Position numbers and translations under genes: made by a program
Part shown: positions 8,350 through 18,727 of the stretch, in pieces
How the letters are laid out: each line of letters starts with the position of its first letter
Numbering within the stretch: the first letter of the stretch is position 1
Assembly: GCA_963805305.1 (NCBI GenBank)
Contig: CAWDTM010000008.1
Coordinates: 628,620-692,619 of the forward strand
Direction of reading: 5' to 3'
Origin: an uncultured Chloroflexia bacterium
GTDB taxonomy: Bacteria; Chloroflexota; Limnocylindria; QHBO01
Length of the DNA: 64,000 bases
The notes under the pieces: generated by a model
Seen by the model: only the letters and a program-made list of their open reading frames with translations
Databases searched by the model: none
What the model was told of the DNA's origin: nothing

Positions 8350-9316
8350 CCGGGGGTACCGTAGCCGATCCACCGGTGCCCGGCACCGAGGGCGGCGCCG
8401 CCACGTCCAGGGCAGCGTGCACGAGCTCGACGCGAACGGGGATGGACCCGAACGGCTCCCCGTCGAGGTGCACCCGGGTCTGGTCGTCCCCCTCGAGGAT
8501 CACGGAGCGCGCACGGACGAACTCGACCGCGGGATGCGAGACGTGGGCCCCCCGATACATGCCGGGCAGCTGGCGGATCGCCTCGAGGCGGCTGATGTTG
8601 CCAACGATGCACAGGTCCAGCCAGCCGTCCGTGACGGTCGCCGCGGGACAGATCTGCATGCCCCCTCCGTAGTACATGCCGTTCGCGAACGCGACGAAGA
8701 GGGCGGTTCGCTCGAGACGCCGCTCGCCGTCGGGGGTCTGGAGCACCAGGCGCAGCGTCTGGTTACGGAACCGCTGGAGTTCCCAGAGGGTCGAAAGGAG
8801 GTAGCCCAGCCGCCCGCGCTGCCACCGGGAGCGGTGGGCCATGGCCGCCGCGACCTGGGCGTCGAATCCGGCGCCGCCGGCGGCCGCGAAGTACCGCCGG
8901 GTGCCGGCAGGCCCTTCCCCGCGGGTGGCCAGGCCCACATCGATTCGGAGCAGGTCGGCCCCCAGTGCCATGGTCAGGGCATCCTCGCCGTGATGCGGGA
9001 GACCGAGGCTGCGGGCCAGGTCGTTCCCGCTTCCCCCGGCCAGGATGCCCAGCGAAAGGTTCGAACCGGCCTCCATGATCCCGTTCACGATCTCCTGGAC
9101 CGTACCGTCGCCCCCGACCGCCACGACGCGGTCATGCCCTGCTGCGGCCGCGTGGAGGGCGATCTCGCGCGCGTGATCGGGTGCCTCTGTCTCCACGAGC
9201 CGGGCCGCCGGCGCGGTGGCGTCCAGCCGCCGCCGCAACCACGGTTCAAGGTGGAGCGCCCGGCCGTCACCCGCGACCGGGTTCACGATCAGGAGTGGAG
9301 CGGACGACGTCGGCAT
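8345..9316 (-). CDS. diacylglycerol kinase family lipid kinase (YegS/DagK-like)
   Basis: 323 aa with LLIVNPVAGDG...VVAVGGDGTVQEIVNG...GILAGGSGNDLARSLG, the DAGK catalytic-domain motifs. Confidence 0.8.
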   Translation of the reverse strand: MPTSSAPLLIVNPVAGDGRALHLEPWLRRRLDATAPAARLVETEAPDHAREIALHAAAAGHDRVVAVGGDGTVQEIVNGIMEAGSNLSLGILAGGSGNDLARSLGLPHHGEDALTMALGADLLRIDVGLATRGEGPAGTRRYFAAAGGAGFDAQVAAAMAHRSRWQRGRLGYLLSTLWELQRFRNQTLRLVLQTPDGERRLERTALFVAFANGMYYGGGMQICPAATVTDGWLDLCIVGNISRLEAIRQLPGMYRGAHVSHPAVEFVRARSVILEGDDQTRVHLDGEPFGSIPVRVELVHAALDVAAPPSVPGTGGSATVPPA

Positions 9317-9480
9317 GCCGCAGATTGTGCACGGCGGCGGGTGCGCGGCGAGCCCCGCTCGGGACGTTCATCCCGGTGGGTCAGGGTCGGATGTCCACGA
9401 ACGGGACCGGCAGGTCATTCGTTGGAACCGATGGAGCACCGAGCAAGACCCGCCCTCCAGCAAGAGGACATGACCAGCAC

Positions 9481-9882
9481 ATGCATCGTCTTCGAATCTA
9501 CAGCGTGGTCGCCGCGGTGGCGTCACTCGCGCTCACAGCAGGCATCACCACCGCGCACCTGATGCCGGCGGCATCCGATCCGGGCCTCACCACGGCGCGC
9601 CAGGCATCGGGACAGGACGTGCCGATGGGCGTCGACGGCTCGTTCACGGACACCACGGCCACCGGGAATACCGCTGACGCGCCCGCCGACACGCACGGAT
9701 ACACCGTGTCGCAGGCGGCGCAGGGCCCGACGCCGAGCGACGGCGGCTGGGCGAACCACGGCGCATACGTCAGTTCCATCGCGACGGGCTGGGGTCAGCA
9801 GCACGCGGCTGCCCATCAGAGCAACGCCCCGAGCCCTGAGGAGCTGGCGCAGGCAACGGACGGGCTGTCACACCGTCCCTGA
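9481..9882 (+). CDS. hypothetical secreted protein
   Basis: Start taken at internal Met MHRLRIYSVVAAVASLALTAGITTAHLMPAAS (signal peptide). The sequence upstream in the long ORF looks non-coding. Confidence 0.4.
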   Translation: MHRLRIYSVVAAVASLALTAGITTAHLMPAASDPGLTTARQASGQDVPMGVDGSFTDTTATGNTADAPADTHGYTVSQAAQGPTPSDGGWANHGAYVSSIATGWGQQHAAAHQSNAPSPEELAQATDGLSHRP

Positions 9883-9892
9883 GCGTCCCTGC

Positions 9893-11460
9893 CTAGGAGA
9901 TCTGCAGACTGACCTGGTGATAGCCGGTCGCTCCGTTGGGCGCCGGGTCGTGCGGGGTGGCAAGCTGCAGCTCGCCCGTCCCGTCGGTCGCGCGCACCCG
10001 GAGCGTGTGGCGGCCTGAGGTGGCCGCCCACCGGTAGACCCACTGCACCCACGTGCTGCCCGAGATGGGCGTTGCCAGATCGGCCGCCTGCCACGCTCCG
10101 TCGTCGACCTGCACCTCGACCTTGCCGATGCCGCGGTCCGGGGCCCAGGCCACACCCGCGACCGGAACGGTGCCGGCGCGCGGAGACGAGCCAGCGCGCG
10201 GCGTGTCGATGCGCGATGCGGTCTTGATGGGTCCCAGCTTCGACCACCCGAGCGGAACCCAGTAGGCATCGAAGGCCTCGAGCGTCGTCAGCTCGATGTT
10301 CGTCAGCCACTTCGTGGCCGACACGTAGCCGTAGAGCCCGGGAACGATGAGCCGCGCCGGGAATCCGTGCGCGGCAGGAAGCGGATCCCCGTTCATGGCA
10401 AGCGCAATGAGCGCTTCCCGGTCCGAGTCGGTCAGCCACGCCGTGGGGAACCCGCTCGTCCAGCCGTCGAACGCCCTCCCGACGATCTGCGTCGCGTCGG
10501 CATGCACCCCGGCGCGATCGAGCACCTCCCGCAGGCGCACTCCCCGCCAGAGGGCGTTGCCCACGAGGTCACCGCCAACCTCGTTCGAGACGCACTGGAT
10601 CGTGACGTACTCCTCGTGCAGCGGCATGGCGCGCAGCTCGTCGTACGTGAAGCTCAGCTCGTGGTCGACCATGCCGGTCACGGTGAGGTGCCACGTCGAT
10701 GCATCAACATGAGGCGTGAGGAGCTGGGTGTCGATTCGGTAGAAGTCATTGTTGGGCGTGACCAGGGGCGAGATCCCCGGTACGTCGAGCCGGGCGGCGG
10801 CTGGCACCGGCGGGGCAGTCTCGGCCGGCGCGGGCACGTCCCCGAAGGCGACGGCGGAGGAGCCTCGGTTGGTCAGGAGAACGCGGCCGAGCAGCCCGGC
10901 AGCGAGGGCACCGGCGCCGATCCCCATGGTCGTGCCCAGGAAGCGGCGGCGTGACCAGTCCGGCATCTCGGCAACGGGCGCACGGGCAGCCCGCCGCGAC
11001 GCCAACCTGAGCAGGAAGGAGAGCACCTGCCAGGCGACGATCACCGAGACGGCCAGCGACCCGACCGCGAGAATGCCATCGACCAGCGGGTCCCGGAATG
11101 CCGCGACGAGGGCCACCAGGGCCACCACGCCAAAGCCGCCCACCGCCAGGCGGAACCGGAGGTCGCTCCGGTCCTCGTCCCCGCGTCCTGAGCGGGCGAG
11201 CATGCCCAGTCCGGCGGAGATCGCCAACGCCACGAGCAGGACCGCCAGGCTGAGGACCAGCTTGTCGTTCTTCCCCAGCAACCCAACCAGGGCCTGCTCC
11301 GCGCCGGGCGGCTGAAGGGCGATGACGAGCGACCCCATCTCCGCGACCGGGGACGGCGCACCGTCAAAGAGTCCCGCCAGCAGCTCGGCGGCGCCCAGGG
11401 CGGCGCCTCCGGCGACGAGCCCGGCCATGGCTCCGGCGAGACGGGAGGGTCGATGCATGG
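9893..11460 (-). CDS. molybdopterin-dependent oxidoreductase (sulfite-oxidase/YedY family) with N-terminal membrane domain
   Basis: C-terminal Moco-binding region (QCVSNEVGG...GVRLREVLDRAGV...PGLYGYVSATKWLTNIEL) after several TM helices and an internal SRRRFLGTTMG Tat-like motif. Start moved to MHRPSRLAGAMAG (11460). Confidence 0.7.
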
Positions 11461-11511
11461 GCGCATTCAACCCGTTTCGTGTGACGGCCGTGTGAAAGAT
11501 GGGCGAAGGCG

Positions 11512-12051
11512 ATGCGGCGCGCGTATCGTCAGTGGATGCCGCCACGCATCGTTCTCGCCCCCGGCGCATCCGGGTCGGTCGCCGCTCTTGCCCCGCAGCT
11601 CCGTGGCCTCCGGGCGCGCGGCCTGGAGGCGCGCGCGATCACGTTGCCGCGCGGCCTCGCCCAACGCGCCGTCCCCGTCTATCGCGCGGCCGTGCTCGAG
11701 CCGGACGCCACCATCATCGGTGGCCATTCCTTCGGTGGGCGGGTGGCCAGCCTGCTCGCCGCGGATGAGCCGGTGGCCGGGCTGCTCCTCCTCTCGTATC
11801 CGCTTCACCGACCGGGCCACCCGGAGGGATGGGACGAGCGCACGGCGCACTGGGATCGCATCGGCTGTCCGGTGCTGCTGCTCTCGGGGGAATCGGATCC
11901 CTTCGCGCGAATCGACCTGCTTCGGAAGGCCGCGGCACGCCTCCGCGATGCACAGCTGATCACCTATCCGCGGGTACGCCACGGTCTGTCACCGGTGCTG
12001 GGGGACGCGATGGACGCAATTGCAGCGTGGGCCTCTGCGTTCGACGGCTAG
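11512..12051 (+). CDS. alpha/beta hydrolase fold protein
   Basis: 179 aa with GGHSFGGRVASLLAA (GxSxG nucleophile elbow). Confidence 0.55.
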   Translation: MRRAYRQWMPPRIVLAPGASGSVAALAPQLRGLRARGLEARAITLPRGLAQRAVPVYRAAVLEPDATIIGGHSFGGRVASLLAADEPVAGLLLLSYPLHRPGHPEGWDERTAHWDRIGCPVLLLSGESDPFARIDLLRKAAARLRDAQLITYPRVRHGLSPVLGDAMDAIAAWASAFDG

Positions 12052-12103
12052 CCCCCACGCCCGCGGTGCGCCGGTTCGGTCCCACCCTCTACACTCGGAC
12101 GGC

Positions 12104-15100
12104 ATGACGACGGCCGGTTCGATCCCCTGTCCGAGCTGTGGGAGGTCGGTCCCTGATCGGTACCGGCGCTGCGGCTACTGCGCCACGGTCCTCGATCCCG
12201 CTCGCGCGCCGGGGGAGATTCGCCGGACGGCGACCATCGTCACCTCTGACCTGAAGGGCTCCACCAGCCTTGGCGAGCGCCTCGATCCCGAGTCCCTCCG
12301 CGAGCTGCTCACCCGCTACTTCGACGAGATGCGCCTGGTCTTCGAATCGTATGGCGGCACGATCGAGAAGATCATCGGCGATGCCATCGTGGCTGCCTTC
12401 GGCCTGCCGACCCGTCGGGACGACGATCCGCTGCGGGCGGTCGCGGCGGCCGCCGAGAGCCTGCGGACGCTGAGCGCGCTCAACGAGCAGTTCGAGCGCG
12501 CCTACGGGGTGCGGCTCGAGAATCGGACCGGCATCGCGAGCGGCGAGGTGGTCGTCGGGGAGGCGAGCGAAGGGCAGCACGTGCTGACCGGGGACACCGT
12601 CCGGATCGCGACGGTCATGGAGCAGAATTCGCCTCCGATGGAGGTGCTGCTGGCGGCCTCGACCTACGAGCTCGTCGCCGACCAGGTCGAGGTGGAGTCC
12701 CTGCCGGGTGTCGCCGTCAAGGGTGTCGCGGCTCCGCTCGACGGCTATCGGCTGGTCTCCCTCTCGAGCGAGGCCGAGGAACACCTCCGGGCCGGTGCTG
12801 CTCAGACCGCCACGGACGCTCGAATCTGCCCCAACTGTGGCGAGGATAACCTGCCCGCCTTCACGACCTGCGGTACCTGCGGCGGCGCGCTCGATCGAGC
12901 CGCCCCCGCCGCCGAACGACGCAAGACCGTCACGCTCGTCTTCGCCGATCCACGCCCCACCACGACGACCGGCGAGCGGCCCAGTCCCGAGGCGCTCCGG
13001 GCCGTGATGTCAAGCTACTTCGAAACGGTCCATCCGATCCTCGAGCGCCACGGGGGCACGGTCGAGAAGTTCATCGGCGACGCGATGATGGCCGTCTTCG
13101 GACTGCCGGTCCTCCACGAGGATGACGCCCTGCGCGCCACGCGGGCCGCGCTCGAGATGCAGCAGGCCCTGCCGGATCTGAACGCCGCGCTCGAGGCAGC
13201 GTGGGGCGTCACGCTCGAGACCCACATCGGCGTCAACACCGGCGAAGTCATCGCGGGAGATGCCAGCCTCGGGCAGCGCCTGGTCACCGGAGACGCCGTC
13301 AACACCGCCGCGCGGCTCGAGCAGGCCGCGGGGGCCCGAGAGGTGCTTCTCGGTGGTCTCACCTTTCGCCTCGCACGCGACCAGATCGAGGCCGACGAGG
13401 TCGAGCCGCTCACCCTGAAGGGCAAGGCCGAGCCGGTTCCGGCCTACCGCCTGCGATCGGTGGCCACCGTGGACCAGGCCGTCCGGCGTCGCAACGAAGG
13501 GCCGATGGTCGGCCGCGAGAAGGAGCTGGCGGCGTTGACGGAGCTGTATGCCCGCGCCGTGGACCAGGGCTCCTGCGAGCTGGCCGCGGTTGTGGGTGAC
13601 GCGGGAGTCGGCAAATCACGCCTCATCGCCGAGTTCACCTCCGGGACGGCTCCCGCCGCGCATGTCATTCGGGGCAAATGCCTGCCGTACGGTGACGGCA
13701 TCACGTTCTGGCCTCTGCGCGAGGCTGCGCGCGACGCCGCCGGCATCGGCGTCGACGAAGGCGCCGCATCGGCGCTCGAGAAGCTGCGGGCCACGATCGA
13801 GACCGACGAGGTCGTGGACCGCCTCGCGTCGGTGATGGGCCTGTCAACGACGCCGTACCCGGTCCCGGAGATCCAGTGGGGTGCCCGGAAGTTCCTGGAG
13901 CACCTGGGCGGCCGCAGGCCGGTGGTCATGATCGTCGAGGACATCCACTGGGCCGAGACCACGTTCCTCGAGCTCCTGCAGAGCCTCGTGACGAGCGTCG
14001 AGCATGCCCCGGTCCTGCTCCTGTGCACCAGCCGCCACGAGCTCCTCGACCGCGATCCGGATTGGGGGCTGGCCGATGGCGCCGTCCGGCTCGTCCTGCG
14101 GCCGCTGACCGACTCCGATGCCGGTCTGGTGGTGGCTGGTCTGCTGGGCGGCACCGGCCTTCCGGAAGGAATCCGGCAGCGCATCGTGGATGCCTCGGCC
14201 GGCAATCCCCTGTTCGTCGAGCAGCTTCTGTCCATGCTCATCGACAACGGCTCTCTGCGCCAGACCGACGGGCGCTGGGAGCAGGTCCGCGACCTCGCCG
14301 CGCTCGATGTCCCGCCCACCATCCAGGCCCTGCTGGCCGCCCGCCTCGACCTGCTGGAGGCGCCGGAGCGGGCTGTGATCGAGCCCGCATCGGTCATCGG
14401 CCAGACCTTCGCGCAGGCAGCCGTGTCCGAGCTGGTCAGGTCGGACCAGTCACCCGACGTGCCGGAGCGCCTGCTGGCGATCGCGCGCCGTGAGCTCATC
14501 GCCTCCAGCCCCGGCACCGCCGGTGACGAGGCGGCCTACCGGTTCGCGCACATCCTGGTGCGCGATGCCGCGTACAACGGTCTCCTCAAGCGCGCGCGTG
14601 CCGAATTCCACGAGCGCTTCGTGGACTGGGCCGAGGAGCTCAACCGCCGCCAGGGCAGGGCCGGTCACGAGTTCGAGGAGATCCACGGCTATCACCTCGA
14701 ACAGGCGTACCGCTATCTCAGCGATCTGGGCACCATCGACGAGCACGCACGGCGTGTGGGCATTCGCGCCTCCGAGAAGCTGGCCAGCGCGGGGCGCCGC
14801 GCCCAGGCTCGTGGAGACATGCCGGCGGCGGTCAGCCTGCTCCGCCGTGCAGCCGCCACACGGTCGCGCCTTGACCCGGGTCGCCTGTCGCTCCTCCCGG
14901 ACCTGGGAGAGGCGCTCATGGAAGCCGGCGAGTTTGACGATGCGGACAACATCCTTCGCGAGGCAGCGGCTGCCGGCGCCGAGACCAAGAACGAAACCCT
15001 CAGCGCCCAGGCGAACCTGGTTCGGCTGCTGGTCCAGTCCTATTCGGGCGAGAGCGACGACTGGAGCGGACGCGTTGCCGAGGAGGTGGAGCGCGCACTT

Positions 15101-16021
15101 CCGATCTTCGAGCGCGCGGACGATGTGGCCGGAATGATGCAAGCATGGCGCTTGCGTGCCGGACTCAACGGCACGGCCGGGCGCTACGCGGAGGCCGCGC
15201 TGGCGCAGGAGGAGGTGATCCGCTACGTCGCGCGCACGGGAAACCGCCGAGCCGAGACTCGGGCCGCAGCCGGCCTGTCGATCTCTCTGCTGTACGGGCC
15301 GACACCGGTGCCCGAGGCCATCCGCCGCTGCGACGAGCTCGTCCGACGCACGAGCTCCGACCGGCGGACGGTGGCGCTCATGGACGCCCAGCTTGCGCAG
15401 TTGCACGCGATGCTCGGGGAGTTCGACACGGCGCGGCGCCTTTATCGTGAAACGAAGGCGACCCTGGACGACCTCGGCGTCCGTGTCCTTGCCGACTCGA
15501 CGTCAATCGACTCTTCGCGGGTCGAGATCCTGGCCCAGGATTACCCCGCCGCGGAGCACGAGCTGCGTCGGGACCACGAGGCCCTGAGCGCAATTGGCGA
15601 ACGCTTCCTGCTGTCCACGATCGATGGCCTCCTTGCAAGAGTTCTCGAGGCCCAGGGGAATCTCGACGAGGCCGAGGAGGTGACCCACGCCGCGGAGGAT
15701 ATCGCGGCCGAAGACGACGTGGACGCCCAGGCCATCTGGCGCGGCGTGCGGGCACGGATCCTGGCACGCCGTGGACGCGTGGGCGAGGCTCTGGAACTGG
15801 CAAACCAGGCGGTTGCCCTGCGCAACACGACCGACTCCCCCATCCTCCGCGCGGAGGCACTCATCGACCTCGCGGAGGTTCAGCTCGCCTCCGCCGATCC
15901 GGCTGCATGCACCGTCGCCTTGGACCGTGCGCTCGCCCTGGTGAAGGCGAAGGGCGACCTCGTGACGTCCGGGCGGCTCCGCGCCCGACGCGCGGCGATC
16001 ACGGCCGCCTCAGCCGGCTGA
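12104..16021 (+). CDS. tandem class III adenylate/guanylate cyclase - STAND (AAA) ATPase - TPR protein
   Basis: Two units each of zinc-ribbon (CPSCG...CGYC / CPNCG...CGTCG) plus cyclase catalytic domain (TSDLKGST...EKIIGDAIVAAFG; FADPR...VEKFIGDAMMAVFG). Then a P-loop NTPase (VVGDAGVGKSRL) and a long TPR-like C-terminus. Confidence 0.8.
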   Translation: MTTAGSIPCPSCGRSVPDRYRRCGYCATVLDPARAPGEIRRTATIVTSDLKGSTSLGERLDPESLRELLTRYFDEMRLVFESYGGTIEKIIGDAIVAAFGLPTRRDDDPLRAVAAAAESLRTLSALNEQFERAYGVRLENRTGIASGEVVVGEASEGQHVLTGDTVRIATVMEQNSPPMEVLLAASTYELVADQVEVESLPGVAVKGVAAPLDGYRLVSLSSEAEEHLRAGAAQTATDARICPNCGEDNLPAFTTCGTCGGALDRAAPAAERRKTVTLVFADPRPTTTTGERPSPEALRAVMSSYFETVHPILERHGGTVEKFIGDAMMAVFGLPVLHEDDALRATRAALEMQQALPDLNAALEAAWGVTLETHIGVNTGEVIAGDASLGQRLVTGDAVNTAARLEQAAGAREVLLGGLTFRLARDQIEADEVEPLTLKGKAEPVPAYRLRSVATVDQAVRRRNEGPMVGREKELAALTELYARAVDQGSCELAAVVGDAGVGKSRLIAEFTSGTAPAAHVIRGKCLPYGDGITFWPLREAARDAAGIGVDEGAASALEKLRATIETDEVVDRLASVMGLSTTPYPVPEIQWGARKFLEHLGGRRPVVMIVEDIHWAETTFLELLQSLVTSVEHAPVLLLCTSRHELLDRDPDWGLADGAVRLVLRPLTDSDAGLVVAGLLGGTGLPEGIRQRIVDASAGNPLFVEQLLSMLIDNGSLRQTDGRWEQVRDLAALDVPPTIQALLAARLDLLEAPERAVIEPASVIGQTFAQAAVSELVRSDQSPDVPERLLAIARRELIASSPGTAGDEAAYRFAHILVRDAAYNGLLKRARAEFHERFVDWAEELNRRQGRAGHEFEEIHGYHLEQAYRYLSDLGTIDEHARRVGIRASEKLASAGRRAQARGDMPAAVSLLRRAAATRSRLDPGRLSLLPDLGEALMEAGEFDDADNILREAAAAGAETKNETLSAQANLVRLLVQSYSGESDDWSGRVAEEVERALPIFERADDVAGMMQAWRLRAGLNGTAGRYAEAALAQEEVIRYVARTGNRRAETRAAAGLSISLLYGPTPVPEAIRRCDELVRRTSSDRRTVALMDAQLAQLHAMLGEFDTARRLYRETKATLDDLGVRVLADSTSIDSSRVEILAQDYPAAEHELRRDHEALSAIGERFLLSTIDGLLARVLEAQGNLDEAEEVTHAAEDIAAEDDVDAQAIWRGVRARILARRGRVGEALELANQAVALRNTTDSPILRAEALIDLAEVQLASADPAACTVALDRALALVKAKGDLVTSGRLRARRAAITAASAG

Positions 16022-16032
16022 GCCCGGCGATG

Positions 16033-16065
16033 CCGAACGCCGGGGCTGCCTGCCCCGGCGTTCGG
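16033..16065. terminator. bidirectional hairpin between convergent genes
   Basis: Perfect 13-bp inverted repeat CCGAACGCCGGGG-ctgcctg-CCCCGGCGTTCGG between the stop at 16021 and the minus-strand stop at 16089. Confidence 0.5.
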
Positions 16066-16088
16066 ACGAGTTATTGCGCCACCGCGGG

Positions 16089-17042
16089 TCAATAGCCGCG
16101 GTAGTTGCCATTCGTGTAGGTCCAGATGGTGATCGTTGTCGTCGTGCCGTTGTCATGCTCGATCAGGCACGGTGCGTTGCTGGGGTTCGTCGGCGAGTCG
16201 CAAATGTCGCCCCCCTCATTTGCCTCCTCGCCGTTCAGCTGCTCGTAGCCGCCGCTGTCAAGGGCGTGGATGACGTTGACCTCGTTATAGGCGGGGGGAC
16301 CGTCGTCCTCGTTGTCGGGCGTGATCAGCGAGTGGTCGATGGTGAGCGTGATCGGGAAGGGGGCCCCGTACGTCTGACCGTTGCCCACGTTCACGTTGGA
16401 CCACTGGCCGATGCAGCTCAGGTGCAGCTGCGCGCACCAATCAGTACCGGCGATGGTATTGGTCTGCTGCAGAGCAACGACGATGTTCGAACCGGACGGG
16501 GCGGTGACGTTCGTCGATTGCTGCGTGCCCCCAGTGCTCAACTGCTGGCCACCGGAGAGGAATGCGAAGGCGCCGGCAAGGCTCGCATCGCTGGTCAAGG
16601 TTGTGGTTGCCGACACGGTCTGCGCATCGACGATCCACCGCCCGGTGACTGCCTCACCGACCCGAATGGTCATGCTCGTGCCGCTCGATGGCGTCTTGTA
16701 GGCGACCGTGACACCAGCCTGACCCCCCGGTGCAACCGGGCCGATGTCGCACAGGAACGCTCGTGCGGCGCAGGTCCCCTGATCCGGCACGGCCTGCCCG
16801 AACGACGCGCCGCGCGGGGTCGTCGCTGCGAGAACGACATGATTGAAGGCAACGGCTGAGTTGTTGGTCACCACGACACGGTACGCGGCGTCCGAACCCT
16901 TGAGGACGATGGATGGCAGCGGGGTGACGGTCACGCCGGACGGATGGGTGTAGGCAGACGTCGTCCCGGCGAGCGTTCCCGCAAGCAGAGCGCCAGCGAC
17001 GCCACTGACAACGAGCGCGCGGCGGATGCGATGGATGTGCAT
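16089..17042 (-). CDS. secreted DUF11-like (conserved repeat) domain protein
   Basis: Signal peptide MHIHRIRRALVVSGVAGALLAGTLAG, then Thr/Ser/Gly/Asn-rich beta-type sequence. Confidence 0.5.
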   Translation of the reverse strand: MHIHRIRRALVVSGVAGALLAGTLAGTTSAYTHPSGVTVTPLPSIVLKGSDAAYRVVVTNNSAVAFNHVVLAATTPRGASFGQAVPDQGTCAARAFLCDIGPVAPGGQAGVTVAYKTPSSGTSMTIRVGEAVTGRWIVDAQTVSATTTLTSDASLAGAFAFLSGGQQLSTGGTQQSTNVTAPSGSNIVVALQQTNTIAGTDWCAQLHLSCIGQWSNVNVGNGQTYGAPFPITLTIDHSLITPDNEDDGPPAYNEVNVIHALDSGGYEQLNGEEANEGGDICDSPTNPSNAPCLIEHDNGTTTTITIWTYTNGNYRGY

Positions 17043-17311
17043 GCTCGGCAACCTCAGTTAAGGGGCAGGAAGCGGGCCGGAGCCACCCCAGCGTTCGGTG
17101 CGGGGACTCGGTGACCCGGATGTGGGGGCCATGGGCTCAGGGGGATCAGTTGAGAATCCTGAGGCAATCTCCCTTTCAGCGACGTGCTCGGGGCTCCCGA
17201 CAGATTGAGCCGCGCGGCGCCCCATCCGCTGGAGCATGCGTGAGTGTAGCCGAGCACCAGGACGAAGGTAAGGGTGGCCGCCTGCCCGGGTTAGTACCTG
17301 TGGCGCGATCT

Positions 17312-17331
17312 GTGGTGCATACACGCACCAC
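17312..17331. promoter_or_regulatory. 7-6-7 inverted repeat GTGGTGC-ATACAC-GCACCAC upstream of the K+ channel gene
   Basis: Perfect palindrome arms seen directly, 28 nt upstream of ATG 17359. Candidate operator. Confidence 0.3.
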
Positions 17332-17358
17332 GGTGGCGACGGCAGCGCCCCATCTGAC

Positions 17359-18453
17359 ATGATCCGCGGCGTGGATGGTTGGCCAGCTGGCATCGCCGGT
17401 GCAAGCGCGGGGCTGCTGCTCGTTGCCGTGGTGTTGTGGGACATCTTCCAGACGGTGGTTCTCCCGCGTCCCGCCCACACCCGGATTCGGCTGGCGCGGA
17501 CGCTCATTCGCCTGAGCTGGCCCCTCTGGCGGCGGAGGGCCGTACGGAAGGTCACGAACGTCGACCAGGAGAAGATCCTGGGCTCGTACGCGCCGGCGGT
17601 CGTGGTGATCCTGCTGATGACCTGGATCGCCCTCATGATCCTGGGTTTCGGGCTGATCCTCTACGCACTGCGCGGCGAGCTCACACCCAGCCCCGACTTC
17701 GGCGGCGCCCTGTACTTCGCCGGGGAATCGGTCCTCACCATCGGCTTCGGGGACTTCAGCGCGACCGGCGGCCTCTCGCGGCTGGCGGCGGTGGTTGGCG
17801 GGGGCCTGGGCCTGGGCGTCCTCGCCCTGGGCATCACGTACCTGTTCAGCCTGTACGCCTCGTTCCAGCGGCGCGAGACGCTCGTGGTCCGCCTGGAGCC
17901 GCGGGCCGGTGCCCCGCCGTCGGGGGTGGCCCTCCTGGAAGCCTATGGTGCCCAGGACATGCGGGCGGCGCTGCCGGCCTTCTTCCTTGAATGGGAGGTG
18001 TGGGCAGCCGAGGTGCTCGACACGCACGTGGCGTATCCCATCCTCCCCTACTTCCGCTCCTCCCACGACAACGCGTCGTGGGTCTCCGCGCTTGGGGCGG
18101 TGCTCGATGCAGCCGCTCTCGTCCTGACCTGCGTGGAGGACGGCCCGACCGGGGAGGCGACCATGGTCCAGCGCATCGGTGGACACGTCGTCGAGGACCT
18201 GTCGAACTTCTTCGGTTGGGAGCAGGTTCGGCTGGCCCTCGTCGAGCGGGGCGAGTTCGACGAGGCCCGCACCCGGTTGGCAGCCGCAGGCTGGTCGTTG
18301 CGCGAGGCCGATGCGGCGTGGGCCCGCTTCGTGATGCTCCGTTCAGGCTATGCGGCCCGCCTCAACGAGATGGCCCTCTTCTGGGTCACGCCTCCGGCGC
18401 TGTGGATCGGCGACCGGGGCGCGGTCCGACACCTTCCCGCTGCGCCACCCTGA
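17359..18453 (+). CDS. two-TM-type potassium channel (Ion_trans_2 family) with cytoplasmic C-terminal domain
   Basis: TM helices flank a pore loop with the K+ selectivity filter TIGFGD. Confidence 0.7.
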   Translation: MIRGVDGWPAGIAGASAGLLLVAVVLWDIFQTVVLPRPAHTRIRLARTLIRLSWPLWRRRAVRKVTNVDQEKILGSYAPAVVVILLMTWIALMILGFGLILYALRGELTPSPDFGGALYFAGESVLTIGFGDFSATGGLSRLAAVVGGGLGLGVLALGITYLFSLYASFQRRETLVVRLEPRAGAPPSGVALLEAYGAQDMRAALPAFFLEWEVWAAEVLDTHVAYPILPYFRSSHDNASWVSALGAVLDAAALVLTCVEDGPTGEATMVQRIGGHVVEDLSNFFGWEQVRLALVERGEFDEARTRLAAAGWSLREADAAWARFVMLRSGYAARLNEMALFWVTPPALWIGDRGAVRHLPAAPP

Positions 18454-18688
18454 GCCCGGAGCCTCCCCGTAGGGGCCGTAGCCGCGGGTCCCCGGCGGTC
18501 CCCACGCGCAACCCCGCTGGGCGGCATATCCATCGCATGGCGGACCGGGGGTACGTGGAGGGCGGCGCGTCGTAGGCCCGGTGACCCGTCGGGCGAAACG
18601 GACAGCGACTGGGGCGGGAACCGCCGGCCCCGCGCGAGTCAGATATCCCGCGGGGCGGCACAAGGCGAAGGGCGCCCGAGGCGATAAG

Positions 18689-18710
18689 CGGTCGCGAACC
18701 GGGCCGTAAC
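18689..18710 (+). repeat. dispersed intergenic repeat, core CGGTCGYNNNCSGGGYMGTAAC-like copy
   Basis: cggtcgcgaaccgggccgtaac, 18-40 nt upstream of the XRE gene start. Also shares the gcgataagcg box with the region upstream of the paralogue at 49416. Confidence 0.4.
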
Positions 18711-18727
18711 GGTCTCCGCGGACGCTG

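Noticed and set aside
12100-12125. tRNA-like GGTTCGATCCC box
   Set aside because: It lies at the start of the cyclase-STAND coding sequence, and no acceptor or anticodon stem can be drawn around it. No tRNA was called anywhere in the window.
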